From assembly GCA_951406725.2 (NCBI GenBank), contig OX597814.1:219046001-219110000 (forward strand): DNA of 64,000 nt. The letters are read 5' to 3'. Positions 13,643-28,600 of the stretch are shown one piece after another. A program made the position numbers and the translations under genes. The notes under the pieces were generated by a model. It was not told where the DNA came from. It saw only the letters and a program-made list of their open reading frames with translations, and did not search any database. Source of the stretch: Octopus vulgaris. Its lineage: Eukaryota. Position 1 is the first letter of the stretch; the number at the start of each line of letters is the position of its first letter.

Positions 13643-14294
13643 ATTATTGAGAATTATAGATTGGTTAGTATTTCAACTGCGTCTAATTAATGGAGTAGTT
13701 TCATCTTCCGAATGTTAATAGTGAAATCAAAGGGTTTTTGCTGGTTCCAGAAACAAAGTAATCTACAATATTCCGAGCATGATCTAAAATGCATACCCTG
13801 AGCTCACATTAATTATCACCATTCTATTTCTGGACATTTGTCTTGAGTTTCTATGAAATGAAGTGAGACATCTATCATTGTCAGGGACATCATGTAACAT
13901 TCGGGAGGCACTTGTGGTTGAGTGAGACTGAAAAATAAATGCAAAGAAGCAGAGAAGTCATACGTCATGAGATGATGATACAGCTGCTGTCATACGCAAC
14001 CAGTGAACTGCAGGGAGTTCTGAATGGAATGCCTAATGAAAAATTACCTTCAGTTTTTTGGACTAGTGCAGCCAGCCATGTTTCATAAGGTCGGCTTCTC
14101 ATTACAGCTTGTCCAAGTCAGGGATACAAGCTGGATATACCAATTTTTGCCAACACAGAAAGAAACGACAGTTATATAATGTTTGGTCAGTGAGCTCACT
14201 GTAACTTCTATACCAATAAATTTTTATGACTATTGTAAAAAGCCTCACAGTTTTGCATTGCAATAAAAATATTTCCCATATTTGTTTTAATAAA

Positions 14295-14300
14295 TTTATT
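14295..14300 (-). terminator. Candidate polyadenylation signal (AATAAA) of pICln
   Basis: tttatt on the + strand, ~160 nt downstream of the stop codon; in AT-rich sequence, so could be chance. Confidence 0.4.
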
Positions 14301-14460
14301 TATTTAATGATTCTGTGAAAAGGATGGTCATGGTTAAAAAAAATATAAAAACGTTTTTGGCAGATGTAAATCCATTGATAGAGTTTTCTTTAATGAATTG
14401 TAGCAATGTTAATGGGTATTTAGAGAAATGGGTTCATGAGTTGACCAAATGAATAAATTT

Positions 14461-14522
14461 TCAAATATCTGCATCATCAAACTGGCCAGATTCCATCGGT
14501 TGTTCTTCATTTTGATTTTCTT
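14461..14522 (-). CDS. CLNS1A: pICln last coding exon, with PRMT5-binding motif
   Basis: Acceptor atttctag; EENQNEEQPMESGQFDDADI-TGA. Confidence 0.94.
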
Positions 14523-17500
14523 CTAGAAATAATGAAGAAAAGAAAATTAAATTAAGAAATATTCACAGATTAGCTTTCTTTCTGACTTGATTCAATGTTT
14601 GAGATTAATAAAAGAAGAAAGATAATGTGGTAACATTCATGCATTCCTTAAACTTTTAGCATTTAAAATGGCCAAATCCAACCAAAGTATTCTACCTGCT
14701 CCATGTTCAAATTGGCCAGATCTGGCCTTTCATACCTATTCTACAATGTCATTCTAAAAATATGCAGTCACACCATTGAAATCTTGAAGCTATAAGATAA
14801 TACATGATTAATTCAAAACAATCATCATCATTTAGTGTCCGCTTTCCATGCTAGCATGGGTTGGACGGTTCAACTGGGGTCTGGGAAGCCAATAAATAAG
14901 TACCTATTTATTCACAAGCCTTTAATGAGGACTTTACACAGTCCGTAAATTGCAGTCTTGACTTTTGCTGGGATTACCTTCCACTAAATTCCCCAAATAG
15001 CATCTGTTTAGGGATCCTGCTTTCATTCATTCAAACAAAGTATCCAATCCAATGTAACTGGTGTTTGTGCACCTTTGCCTCAATACTCAGGATACTGGCT
15101 TTCCTCAGGACCTGTGGATCTGGAGTTTTTAAGGTTCAGCCAACATTCAGAATGTGTCTCAGACATCTCTGATGGAAGCATTCAAGAACCATTACATGAC
15201 ATTTGTAGAGGGTCCACATGAGTAAAGGAGCGATTTCAGTACACATGCACGGTAGACAGCAATTTTTGTTCGCCTTGTGATGCCATGTTGGGACCAGGCA
15301 TAAGACTCAGGAAACCTGAAGGAATCAGTTGCTCTCTGCAGCCTGAAAGACATTTGGTTCCACATATATGGGTTTTCTGGTGCAGTCTAGAACATTACAC
15401 CAGTCTTGTCCAAGCTAATGCTGAGTTCAAATGCCTTGCAAGAAGCACAAATACGATTCACAAGTATTTGCATATCATCCAGTGTATGAGTAACTAAGTC
15501 ACAGTCATTTGCATAAAGGAGGTCATGAATAAGAGACAGGAAAACTTTTGAATTGATGCAGGTTAGAAAGATGGTCAGAAGATCGATACCTAACATATAT
15601 CCCAGGGGAGCTGTCCACAGCAAAAGCATGAGTAAGAGTAGCAGCAAAGTACAGAGAAAAGAGAGTTGGGGCAAGAATGTCATCCTGCTTGACACCATTC
15701 TCTACAAGTATGGGTCTCACCATACCACCACAAACATTGACCCAAGCCCCCATCCCATCATGAAATGATTTGATTATTGATACAAAGTGATCCGGACATC
15801 CAGGCTGACCAAGTATTTTCCATAGGGAGGCCTTATTCACAGTATCAAAGGCCTTGGTTAAATCAATGAATACCTGGACAAGATCCATATTCTGCTCATA
15901 GCACTTCTCCTGCATTATGAAAATCATATCCATCATTCCTCTTCTAGATTGGAAACCACATTGAGATTCAGGTAGGACATAATTTACAAGACACCACCTA
16001 TTCAAGTGGGTAAGAAGAATACTTGCCAGAACCTTGCCAGCAGCTGATAGAAGAGCAATGCCTCTGTAGTTGCCACACTCTATTCTGGCTCCCTTTCTTT
16101 TATAGAGAGGAAGAATAATTGCATCCCTCGAGGACTTGCCACATTATATTACTTCAGGTTGTGTAAAGTGACTGAAGTTGTGTTTTGCCTGTGAGCCAAA
16201 TCTAATGCCAGGGTTGTAGTTACCCCAAACCAAAAGAAATGAAACAGAAGAAAATACAAGATACTTAAAAGGAAATATTTCATCAAAAATACTTCCAAAG
16301 TTTGTTTAGAAAAAAAGTACAATAAAAGCGAATTATATAAAGTTAGATTCCTTTGAAAAGTAAGAATGGTAAGAAATACCTGAAGTTAAAACGCCATTTG
16401 TAGAATGGCTGCTGTCTACAAAAATATTTTCTAGATGTTGTAGAGTTTCTTGGCCTCGGATAGACAGGTTCGAAAGACTGTTGGCACTCTCCTCATAGTC
16501 AACAATTTCATCAGCTAAACAAAAGTTGAAACAGAAAATGACAAATAATGTTTAACATTATCAAATAATAAAATAAGCAATTACATTCTGGAAGAGCTAT
16601 TTTGGGCTTTAACCCCTTACCCAACAATTATTTTGAAAATAAATGTATTTTTTCAGACATATTTTTTAATTGTTTTATTTTACTATGTTTTGAATGGTGA
16701 TTTCGAGGTATATTTCAAACCTTACTCATTATGAATTTTAATTCAATAATATTGATTTTAAATTACGGCATTGGGCAGAAACGAGTTAACCCGTTTTTAG
16801 ACGAAGGAACTCGTTTGCTGTCGATTTTGGCGAGTCTATCTTTTGACGAGTTAACTCGCGAGAGATGGAAAAAAACGATTTCGGTCAAAACGCATATATT
16901 CGTTTCTGCTGGTTAAGGGCTTTAAAAAAAAAACACAAAAGAAGGACTAAATTCCCTTTTGTTCGTTTCTTACATCAAACTCGTGTAACCTTCCGCCAGT
17001 CACAATTCCACATCTCAAGAGCAAAGAAGATAAGCATCAGCTGTATCTATTAGTTTGGAGAGATGCAGGATGTGGAAGTCTGGTATGAGGCTGTAGTTTT
17101 TTTTATTCTTTTACTTGTTTCAGTCATTTGACTGTGGCCATGCTGGAGCACCACCTTGAAGAGTTTTAGTCAAACAAATCAACCCCAGGACTTATTTCTT
17201 AAGCCTAGTACTAATACTATCGGTCTTTTTTGCTGAACTGCTATGTTATGGAGATGTAAACACACCAACACCAGTTGTCAAGCAGGGATGGGTAACAAAG
17301 ACACACACACATGTATGACGGGCTTCTTTCAGTTTCTATCTACCAAATCCACTCACAAAACTTTGGTTGGGCCAAAGCTATAGTAGAAGACACAGGTGCC
17401 ATGCAGTGGGATTGAACCCAGATGCATATGGCTGAGAAGCAAGCTTCTAACAAAACAGCCACAATTGCGCCTATATCTAACAAGCTGAAATTACGATGAT

Positions 17501-18316
17501 GATGATGATCATCATCATCATCATCATTGTTTTCACATGCACTTTTCCATGTTGGCATGGGTTGGTTGGAATGTGAGGGAGATTTTCTACAGCCAGATGT
17601 CCTTCCTGTTGCCCATCTTCACTTGTTTCCAAGTAAGGGAATTCCCCATGACCAAACATCTTTCCACAGAACACTGGAGACAAAAGACACTGCTTGCATC
17701 ATGGTAAACGCTATCAAGACAGTATTACACCCACCCACACAGATATATATATATGTATATATATGTATTTGTATATATAAGTATATGCATGTGTATATAT
17801 GTGTGTGTGTGTGTATATATGTATAATGTATGTATGTATGTATATATATCATCATCATCGTTTAACGTCCGTTTTCCGCGCTAGCACGGGTTGGACGGTT
17901 CGACCGGGGTCTGGGGAGCCAGGGGCTGCTCCAGGCTCCAATCTTTATCTGGCAGTGTTTCTACAGCTGGATGCCCTTCCTAACGCCAACCACTCCGCGA
18001 GTGTAGTGGGTGCTTTTTACGTGCCACCTGCACTATATATATATACCAATTAAGGACTGAACACGAAAAGTGGACAGTCAACATGCTAGATATAGACGTC
18101 AAATCGCCATTCTCCACAAAACATTATGTTCTCAAATCAATTTGAGAACATAATCTTTTGTGGTGAATGGCGATTTGACGTCTATATCTAGCATGTTGAC
18201 TGTCCACTTTTCGTGTTCAGTCCTTAATTGGTATATATAAATATTTTAATCTTCGAATTCTTTTTTAATATGCTAGACTACTGGTTTTAATTGATAAATA
18301 TCAATTTCTACCCTTA

Positions 18317-18365
<49 letters not shown>

Positions 18366-21300
18366 TAGCAGCTAAGCCCGGTTTCACCCGGTCAGTTTGG
18401 ATTCTGTGGCTGGCTGTAAAACCTGTTCTGTGTAAGCATTCGATTTGTTTGGGCATGTTAAAAATACAATTTTAGAATGACTTTTTTCTGTTAAAACACT
18501 AAAAATAACTGACCAACAAAAAAACCAAGATTGAACCAAATCAAAACAATAAACCCAAATACTAAGCGAACAAAGATGAACCCTCCCACTTCCATTGCGT
18601 ATGCACACGCACACATTCACATACCCCGCCCCCTTAAATACACACATATATTCACAGAGTTGAAATGCTGTTTGATTTATTTTTCAGCATGCAATTTTCA
18701 TCATCCCACAACCAAGTATGACATCACTCCTTCATAAACACAAAAAGTATTATTATAGCAGATTACCTCGGTAACCATGGGAGCTATGAAAAAAATATGA
18801 CATAACCCCTTCCTTCCTAATTCATCTATCGCCCCTTCCTTTCTCATTCATAAACACAAGTGTATTATTATAGTAGAATATCTCGGTAACCATGGGAGCT
18901 ATGAAAAAAATCCAAAGCCCAGCATCACCACTGGATCATTCTACACATCTGTGTAATTTTTCATGCAATTCCACCCAGCCATTTGACTGTGAATCCCAAG
19001 ACAAAAAAAAAATTATATAAATATGACCTGTTGAGTTAAGTGCATGTACACGAACATCGAAACAAATATCAATGGAAATAGTAGTTGTGATACCTGTGCC
19101 GGTGACACATAAAAAGCACCATCCAAATGTGGCCGATGCCAGCACCACCTTGACTGGCTTCTGTGCTAGTGGCACATAAAAAGCACCATCCGAACGTGGC
19201 CGATGCCAGCGCCGCCTTGGCTGGCTTCCATGCCGGTGGCACGTTAAAAGCACCAACTGATCGTGGCCGATGTCAGACTCCCCCCCTGGCACCTGTGCAG
19301 GTGGCACGTAAAAAGCACCCACTACACCCGCGGAGTGGTTGGCGTTAGGAAGGGCATCCAGCTGTAGAAACACTGCCAGATCAGACTGGAGTCTGGTGCA
19401 GCCCCGGCTTCCAAGACTCCGGTCGAACCGTCCAACCCGTGCTAGCGCGGAAAACGGACGTTAAACGATGATGATGATATATTATATATATATGCTGATG
19501 ACCTTGCTCTAATAGCTGAGTCACTATCAAAACTAGTTTCAGGTGTGGAAGCAAGGTTGAATCGATGGGCCTTAGAGTCAATCTAGCAAAAACCAGAGTT
19601 TTAATAAGTAGAAAGGGCAGACAAATCACAAATCTCTTCAGGTAGATGGCCCTGCTCGATCAGTAGAAAAGGCGTAGGTAGAAACTCCATAAGATGTACC
19701 TGGTGTAAGCTATGGACACATGAGAGTTGCGGCAATATCAAATGAAGGTTAACTGGGAAGATAGTTTTTGTGTCTGGCAAATGCTCGGAGGCAATAAACA
19801 CCGAAAATGCACAGAAAACAGCTTCCATCACATGCTAAGGGGCAAAACTAGAAGTAGTTGATAGCTTCTGTTACCTAGGTGACCAAGTCAGTAGTGGGGG
19901 TGGATCCTCTGAGAGTGTAGCTGCTAGAATAAAAATAGCCTGGCAAAGTTCAGAGAGCTTCTACTTCTGCTGGTGACAAAGGGCATCTTGCTCAGAGTTA
20001 TATGTATCATGCATGTGTGTGAACAGCCATGCTGCTGCTCATCTACATTGCATATTTCCCATCACCCATCCATATTTCTGAGAATGACAACTGGTCAAGT
20101 AAAGAATTGTTTCTTGGCTTCTGAGTAAAAAGTTGGCGAATCAGGATCATCTGCTACTGTTGCTAAATTGTACCAAATGCTAAGAAACTAGACTCACAGT
20201 AGTCCAGTCAGACTAGCTGTACTTTGATACTATAGCATGTAAATTTACCAATGTAAGCAATGGACTGATGATGAAGCACTACAAGTATTTTAGTAACTTG
20301 TAGTACTGGCCTTAAAGTCTACAATGGACTTGACAAAAGCAGTAAATCTCTCTGGTGAATCCTCTTTTGAATACCAACATAAATATGAAATCTTTAGAGA
20401 TGCACAAATGCATCTTACAAGAATATACTTTGCATTATTTTGACAATACTGAGTGAAGGCACATGGTTTAGTGGTTACGGGGATTCAGCAACCAGTTGTA
20501 AGGTTTGTGAGTTCGATTTCCAGTGGTGCATTGCATCCTTGAGCAAGACACTTTATTTCACATTGCTCCAGTTCATTCAGCTGGTAAAAAATGAGTAGTA
20601 CTCGTATTTCGAAGGGTCAGCCTTGATACATTGTGTCATGCCAAATCTCCCTGAGAACTATGTTAAGGGTACACATGTCTGTGAGGTGCTCAGCCAGTTG
20701 CATGTTAATTTCATGAGCAAGTTGCTCTGTTGATTGGATCAACTGGAACCCTCGTCAGCATCCTGATGGAGTGCCAATCACATTGACAATATCAAGTTGA
20801 AATGATTTATGTTCACAAAAAGAATATTTTTAAAACAGTAAATATTAAAAACGAATGTCCTCTTACTCTCATCTTCCTCGTCAACATCTTCAAATTCAGA
20901 ATCTATCAGCTGGTTTTCATCTGGATGCAGAGCTGAACAAGTTGAAAGTGTTTGGAATATTAAATTTACTGCAAAGAGAGAAAAAACAATATTTAAATTC
21001 AATTGAAAGATCTTTTGTATTCATTCATTTAACATCCATTTTTCTATGCTAGCATGGATTATGGCCAGGTGTTCGTTTTGTTGCCAACCATACCTTGTTT
21101 TTCAAGTAAAGGTGTTTTCTTATCCCATAGAGTCAACACTGTAAAGCGGTTGGCGTTTGGAAGTGCATCCAACTGTAAAAATCATGCCAAAACAAACACA
21201 GAAGTCTGGTGCCGGTTCCTGCCTAGCCAGCTCTGGTCAAACCGTCCAACCCATACCAGCATGGAAGGTGGACGTTAAACGATGACAATCTTCCAAAGAG

Positions 21301-22579
21301 CAGAGTGATGCAGTTACGCTATGCAATGTTAAAATTGATGCAAGTATTCTCACATTCAGATAGAACACGTGCATATATGTATACAATGGGCTTCCATTCA
21401 GTTTCCACTTAGACTTGCTCATGGTGCTACAATGTGGGACTGTACCTGACATCATCTTGTTACAAAACAAACTACAGAGCTGTACCTTTGCCTATACGCA
21501 AACAACACTTAATTGATTTGATAGAAACGTTTAACACTTACACGTGCCTGAGTCCTGAGGTACCAAATGTATCTCAGTCAAATCATCATCATCATCATCT
21601 TCTGATTGGTTTTCATTGTTTGTGTCATCGTCTGAAAAGTAAAGAATAAAGTTTTGAATTCAAACATTAAAGACGTCTTATGACAAATCCTCATCACTTC
21701 AACTCTTCTTGTGGCTATTTCGACAAGTTCCAAACGAAGGGACATAACTTTGTTTTCTCAAACACAGAATGTCGAAAAACTAATCGAGATTATCCAAGTA
21801 AACGACAAGAACTCCTGAACGTGTTTTAAACCCGAAAACACCAAACAAGGGAGATAACTCTAATAAGGTCGGTTACTTAAAATTTTTCAATAATTAAGAC
21901 ATATACTGTCTTAATTGATTGATTCTAGTTTCAGCTCACGAGCTGTGGCCATGCTGGGGCACCGCCATTTGGCGTTGCTACATGGTTTTACTTCATGAAT
22001 GCTTTTTAGCAATTGCCATTTGGTGCATGAGAGAGTTCGATGCAGCTGCCCTCATCTGCACCTCCTGCCATGAAGTTGGTTCATCTGGGATACCTGACAA
22101 GAAGAGATCCAGTTTCATTTTAAAGACATCTGCATCCACCCCATGCAGGTCTCTTAGGTTCTTCGGGAGGATATTGAAGAGCTGTGGGCCTCGGAAGCCC
22201 AGGCTATCACAGTATCTTTTGAAAAATTTGAATAGATTTGTCTGCAAAAAAAAAAATTTCAATGAAAACTTTTACTAAGGATTAATAAATAACAAGTACT
22301 TACCATCTAAAAGGCAGTTGATGATCATATAAATACAAGGACGAGGAAAACTTGACTGGTCTTTAGAGACTCCATGCACAGATATTGCTGGATATTCTAT
22401 GGAAAAACCTTTGTTATCTTCATAGCCAACCCATGAAAGCCGACTAAAAAAAACAATACAAGAATAGGGGTTACTTAAATATTCGTCTAGAAAAAAGCTT
22501 TACTTGGTATCTTAGTATGACTTCTGACATGTTGTTATCAATGAGATGCTGAGAAAAGCGAATGTAGCCCCATGTCTTG

Positions 22580-22616
<37 letters not shown>

Positions 22617-25600
22617 GTAGAGACAATGAATATAATGTTGTTGGATTCACTGGACAACCAGCTCAATGAATTAGCTTGCAAAGTGACCGAACAATCCGCA
22701 AACCCATGTCATTCTCAACTATAAATAGTGTGACAAAGTCGAATCTTTGAATTACAAACACAGTTCTTCAAACAAGATTCTATACAGTTTTTGCCTATCC
22801 AAATTCTCCCCCACAAAATGCTTGTATTAACCTGAGGCTGTGCAAATGCACTTGCCCAAGATGCCATGCAGTAGGATTGAACCTGTAACTACTTCTCAAC
22901 AGCTCAGCCATGCTATTCATGTATATTTTTAATGTTTAGAGCAGTGGTTCTCAACTGGGGTTCATATAAGATTTTGTTGTTAAAATTTATCTGTAATAAA
23001 TTGGTTATGCTTCTGCAATACACAAAATATTAAAAAAATTTTCTAATACAATTCCTAATAAAATTTATTTAAGATATAAATGATTTTTAAAATATTTTTT
23101 CCTACTCTAGGCGTAAGGCCCGAAATTTTGGGAGAGGAGGCCAGACGATTAGATTGATGCCAGTACGCAACTGGTACTTAATTTATTGACCCCGAAGGGA
23201 TGAAAGGCAAAGTCAACCTTGGCGGAATTTGAACTCAGAATGTAAAGGCAGACAAAATATCACTAAGCATTTCACCCTAAGCTAGGCTAACATTTCTGCC
23301 AGCTCGCCGCCTTCCTGATTTTTAAAAATATTGAATGGCTAGAAGGGTCTGTCTGAGTAAAATAGAAATCAAAGGGGTCCATAGGTGAAAACTAGTTGAA
23401 AAACACTGCTTTAGAGGAAGAAGAGCAGCCTATTGTCTCTTTTCAGCACCTCAGACACTGGTGGGAGGAAGATCTCCTCAGATGTAGAGACCTGCTTGCA
23501 ACACTGTGGACTTGTCTAAAGCTGTCCAACAATGGATTAAGTCTATCATCCAAAATATGATGACATAGTTAATACTGCAGCAAGAGATCATCCTTGGTTC
23601 TAAAACTGTTTTCTTATACTGACATTCCTTCTCTTACATGTTTCAGTCATTTGACCATGGCCATGTTGGAGCACCACCTTAAAGGGTTTTAGTCGAAGAA
23701 ATTGACCCAAAGACTTATTTTTTGTAAGCCTAGTACTTATTCTATTGGTTACAGGGATATAAACACACTATTATCAGTTGTCAAGCAATGGTGGTGGTGG
23801 GGACAGGCAAATTCAGACACAAAGACACATAAATACACACACAACAAGCTTCTTTCAGCTTCCATCTACCAAATCCACTTACAAGGCTTTGGTTGGCCCG
23901 AGGTTATGGTAGAAGACACTTGCCCAAGGTGCTACCAGTGGGACTGAACCTGGAACCATGTGGTTGGGAAAGAAGCTTCTTACCACACAGCCAGGCCAGC
24001 AAATAGAGCAACTTTCTACATACTCTCTTTTACTTGTTTCAGTCATTTTGACTGCGGCCATGCTGGAGCACCGCCTTCAGTCGAGCAAATCGACCCCAGT
24101 ACTTATTCTGTCGGTCGCTTTTGCCAAACCGCTAAGTGACGGGGACATAAACACACCAGCATTGGTTGTCAAGCAATGCTAGGGGGACAAACACAGACAT
24201 ACATATATACGACAGGCTTCTTTCAGTTTCCGTCTACCAAATCCACTCCCAAGGCATTGGTCGGCCGGGGGCTATAGAAGAAGACACTTGCCCAAGATGC
24301 CACGCAGTGGGACTGAACCCGGAACCATGTGGTTGGTTAGCAAGCTACTTACCACACAGCCACCCCTGCGCCTATATTTATTTATTTTAATTTTATTTAT
24401 TTTATCTAGTTTCAGCTCACAAGCTGAGGCCATGCTGGGGCACCGCCATTTGGTGTTGCTACATGATTTTACTTCACGAATGCTTTTTAGCAATTGCCAT
24501 TTGGTGCATGAGCGAGTTCGATGCAGCTGCCCTCATCTGCACCTCCTGCCGTGAACACATATATTGATCCTGTATCAAACTTTTCAACAAGATCCAATGT
24601 GTCAAATACCTCAATGTTCTCAAATATGTCACAAAACCCTTCGACAAAGATTTCTATTGTAGGTTTCCGTAGTGCTTTTGGTACTTATCTTAATAAAGCA
24701 GTGAGTTGGCAGCATTTGTCCATTCGTATGTTCTGGATTCAAATTCTGCCAAGATTAACTTGTCTTTCATTGGAATTCGCATCATCAGTTTGGAACCCCT
24801 ACCTTGCTCAGAACATTGACCTCCTGGAATCTGTCCAGAGACGTGCAACCAAACGCATACCCTCCATCAGACACCTACCATATTCTGAGCGCCTTGTTTC
24901 CCTGGGCATGGATTCACTGAAGCTCCGGCGTCTGGCGACGGACTTGGTAAACACCCACAAAGTTATCAACCACCTCACCAACAACAACACTGAACACCTT
25001 TTTGATCTCCATGTGTCCAACACACGTGGACATGCCTACAAAGTCAGAAAACAACACAGCTCCCATGACTTTCGGAAACATTTTTTCACGCTCAGAGTTG
25101 CTGAAGCATGGAATAAACTGCCTGCGTCAGTTGTTGACTGCCATGACACTGCATCCTTTAAGGCCCTCATGCTTTCCGAAATCCGCTGAAACTACACCTG
25201 ATTATACATACACTTTAGATGAGTTGTAGTGCACCTGAGCACTGTACACAATGTTTTATAATTATTATTTTATTCATCTTTTCAGGGTTGATAAAATAAG
25301 TACCAGTTACGCACTGGTGTTCGATGTAATCAACTGACACTCTCATCCACAAATTTCAGGCCTTGTGCCGATAGTAGAAAGAATTATTATTATTATTAAT
25401 ATCTAATAACACATTTAGAAGGGTTTCTAGTTATAATGGTTTGCAGAAGCATGACATATTTTATGAAAAACTGAATATGTATTTAAAGTTAAGTGTATGA
25501 GAGGATAAATTAAATTTTTAGGCACAAGCATGGCTGTGTGGTTAAGAGGTTTTTCAATCATGTAGTCTTGGGTTCAGTTCAACTTCACATCACTTTGGGC

Positions 25601-28600
25601 AAATGTCTTCTACTATAGCTTTGGACTGACTAATGCCTTGTGAGAGAATTAGATAGACAGAAACTATGGAAGCCCACACACACACATTTCTTCACCACTG
25701 GTGTTGGTTTGTTTGTTTCTGTAATGTAGCAGTTCAGCAAAAGTGAATGACAAAATAAGTACCAGGCTTTAAAAAGTAAGTAAAGGTAAATGGTAAAGAC
25801 CCACTTTGGTCATGAATGACCATGGGATTGCACCTAGGGAAAGTTCCCCTCTGAAGCACAAGTCTGGGCAAGGTTGTTTATAGAAGACCAACAGTTGCCA
25901 ATGTATACAAGCGTCCCCTTTTCGTGCCACTGATGTTATCCAAGGGAAAGGGGCCATTACAGCTTGGCACTAATGATGTCACAACACATTTCTACAACTG
26001 AGTGAACTGGAGCAACGTGAAATAAAGTATCTTGCTCAAGAACACAACACACAGCCTGGTCTGGGAATCAAACTCACAACCTTATGAATGTAAGCTCAAC
26101 CCTCTAACCACTGAGCCATGCACCTTCACAAAAAGTAAGGACTAGGATCAAGGTGGTGCCCCAGTAAAAGATAAGAATATGTAAAATAAAAAACGTTTTC
26201 CTGGAAAAGTTGAAAAGTAGGTTGGAGTTGAGTCCTGGAATTTGTATGTTAGTAAGTGATGGGTTGGTTTCCCCTTTGCGCAGCACCTACAACAAAAACA
26301 CCAGCTTTTCCATATACATCTTCTACAGCATCCACATGTATATAACACTGCAACAAAAGGAAAACAGTGCACAAACATACATTTGATACTCACAGATGAA
26401 AATATTTGGCCAACACAGACCAAAATGCGAAGACCTGTTGAGGCAAGCAAAATCGAAATCGATCAAAAAATCAATGGAAATTGTAGTTGTGATCCCAGTG
26501 CCGGTGGCACATAAAAAGATCCATCCGAACATGGCTGTTGCCAGCGCCGCCTTGACTGGCACGTAAAAAGCACCCACTACACTCGCGGAGTGGTTGGCGT
26601 TAGGAAGGGCATCCAGCTGTAGAAACACTGCCAGATCAGACTGGAGCCTGGTGCAGCCTCCTGGCTTCCCAGACCCCGGTCAAACCGTCCAACCCATGCT
26701 AGCATGGAAAGCGGACGTTAAATGATGATGATAAGTGTGTTTGATGTATATGGGAAAATGATGTATTGCTGTGTTTTAAATATGAAAGGCCTGGCTGAGC
26801 AGGCCTAAGAAAGAAAGTATTGCAACCATGACCACCTCATCTGTCACCCAGATGTACATTATCAATTGTGTTCTGCCTTATTTTTAAGATGATTGGTTTT
26901 GATTTATCGGATGTTTGGTTGATGTAACAGCTCAGGTGACCATGGACAGCAGTGATTCTCAACCATTTCTCTCTATGTCCACTATTTTACTCTGGTGAAC
27001 CCCCATAACGATTTCATGTTTAAAAACTAGTTTCATAGATTCCTTTTTTGTTTCTTACACATTTATTTCATCATCATCATCATTTAGCGTCTGTTTTCCA
27101 TGCTGGCATGGGTTGGACGGTTTAACTGGGGTCTGTGAAGCAGGAAGACTTCATCAGGCCCAGTTTGATCTGGCAATGTTTCTACGGCTGGATGCTCTTC
27201 CTAACGCCAACCACTCCATGAGTGTAGTGGGTGCTTTTTACGTGCCACCCGCACAGGTGTCAGACAGAGCTGGCAAACGGACACGAACGGATGGTGTTTT
27301 TACGTGCCACCAGCACGGGGTCCAGGCGAGGCTGGCAACGGACACGAGCGGATGGTGCTTTTACGTGCCAACGGCACGGGGGCCAGGCGAGGCTGGCAAC
27401 GGACAAACGATCGGATGGTTCGCTTAACCACAGCTGCAATTTCCACTGATGTTGATCGGCCTCAATTTTAGTTCTGCTTTCTGATATCTGATTTGGTTTG
27501 GTTTGATTTTATAACAATACTGAGAGAACATTTTTCAGGGGCCAGAAACCTAGCTGTTTCTTGCAATAAATACATCTAAAGAATGAGCCCTTAAAATATC
27601 ACTGTATACTCCCAAATTACTATTTTGCTTGTGTGGACCCCCAAAATCTTATAGGGTCCCCAGTTGAGAACTACCAATGCAGAGCCCCCCTGCATTGCAT
27701 TACTGGTTTTTAATGTTTATTTTTCCATGTCAGCATGAATAAGAAACACATTTTCCATTCATCTGAAACAAGGAAGTTGTCTGGGTGGGAAATTAAAAAT
27801 GTCAACCCAGCCAAAATCAAATATTAATTATTAAATATAAAATATTTTCAGTTCATTATGAAAATAGTAATTAAAGACTTTAGCATTCAGATTACTCATT
27901 CAAATGTAATGTTTGCTTATTCACACTATTTTCAATTAATCATGCATTATCCTGTAGCTGTGGAGGCGCAATGGCCCAGTGGTTAGGGCAGCGGACTTGC
28001 GGTCATAGGATCACAGTTTCGATTCCCAGACCGGGCGTTGTGAGTGTTTATTGAGCGAAAACACCTAAAGCTCCACGAGGCTCCGGCAGGGGATGGTGGT
28101 GATCCCTGCTGTACTCTTTCACCACAACTTTCTCTCACTCTTACTTCCTGTTTCTGTTGTACCTGTATTTCAAGGGGCCGGCCTTGTCACTCTCTGTGTC
28201 ACGCTGAATATCCCCGAGAACTACGTTAAGGGTACACGTGTCTGTGAAGTGCTCAGCCACTTACACGTTAATTTCACGAGCAGGCTGTTCCGTTGATTCG
28301 GATCAACCGGAACCCTCATCGTCGTAACCGACGGAGTGCTTCCATCCATCTTGTAGCTACACGATTTGTTGGTGTAATTGTTTATTTTAAGAATGATATT
28401 GCAAAATAGGTGTGAGAGGCTGGATCTCGCTGGTTTTAGCATAAAATAGAATATTTGAGCTAGATACAACCGCTTTGAATTCCAAAGAGTTAACGCAAGA
28501 ATCAGCTAAAGCAATTCAATAAAATGGTTATTTCGATGTTTGACAAGCACAATATCTGCTGCATTTCAAATTTAATGAGTAATGCTTTTAGTCACACGTA

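Noticed and set aside
19100-19320. Repeat-spacer-like units in SINE D as a CRISPR-like array
   Set aside because: The 'spacers' are homologous to each other, so this is a minisatellite in a eukaryotic retroposon; no cas genes.
27962-28035. tRNA-like heads of SINE families A, B and C as real tRNA genes
   Set aside because: They continue into SINE bodies (with TSDs for family C) and lack a convincing cloverleaf or T-run terminator.
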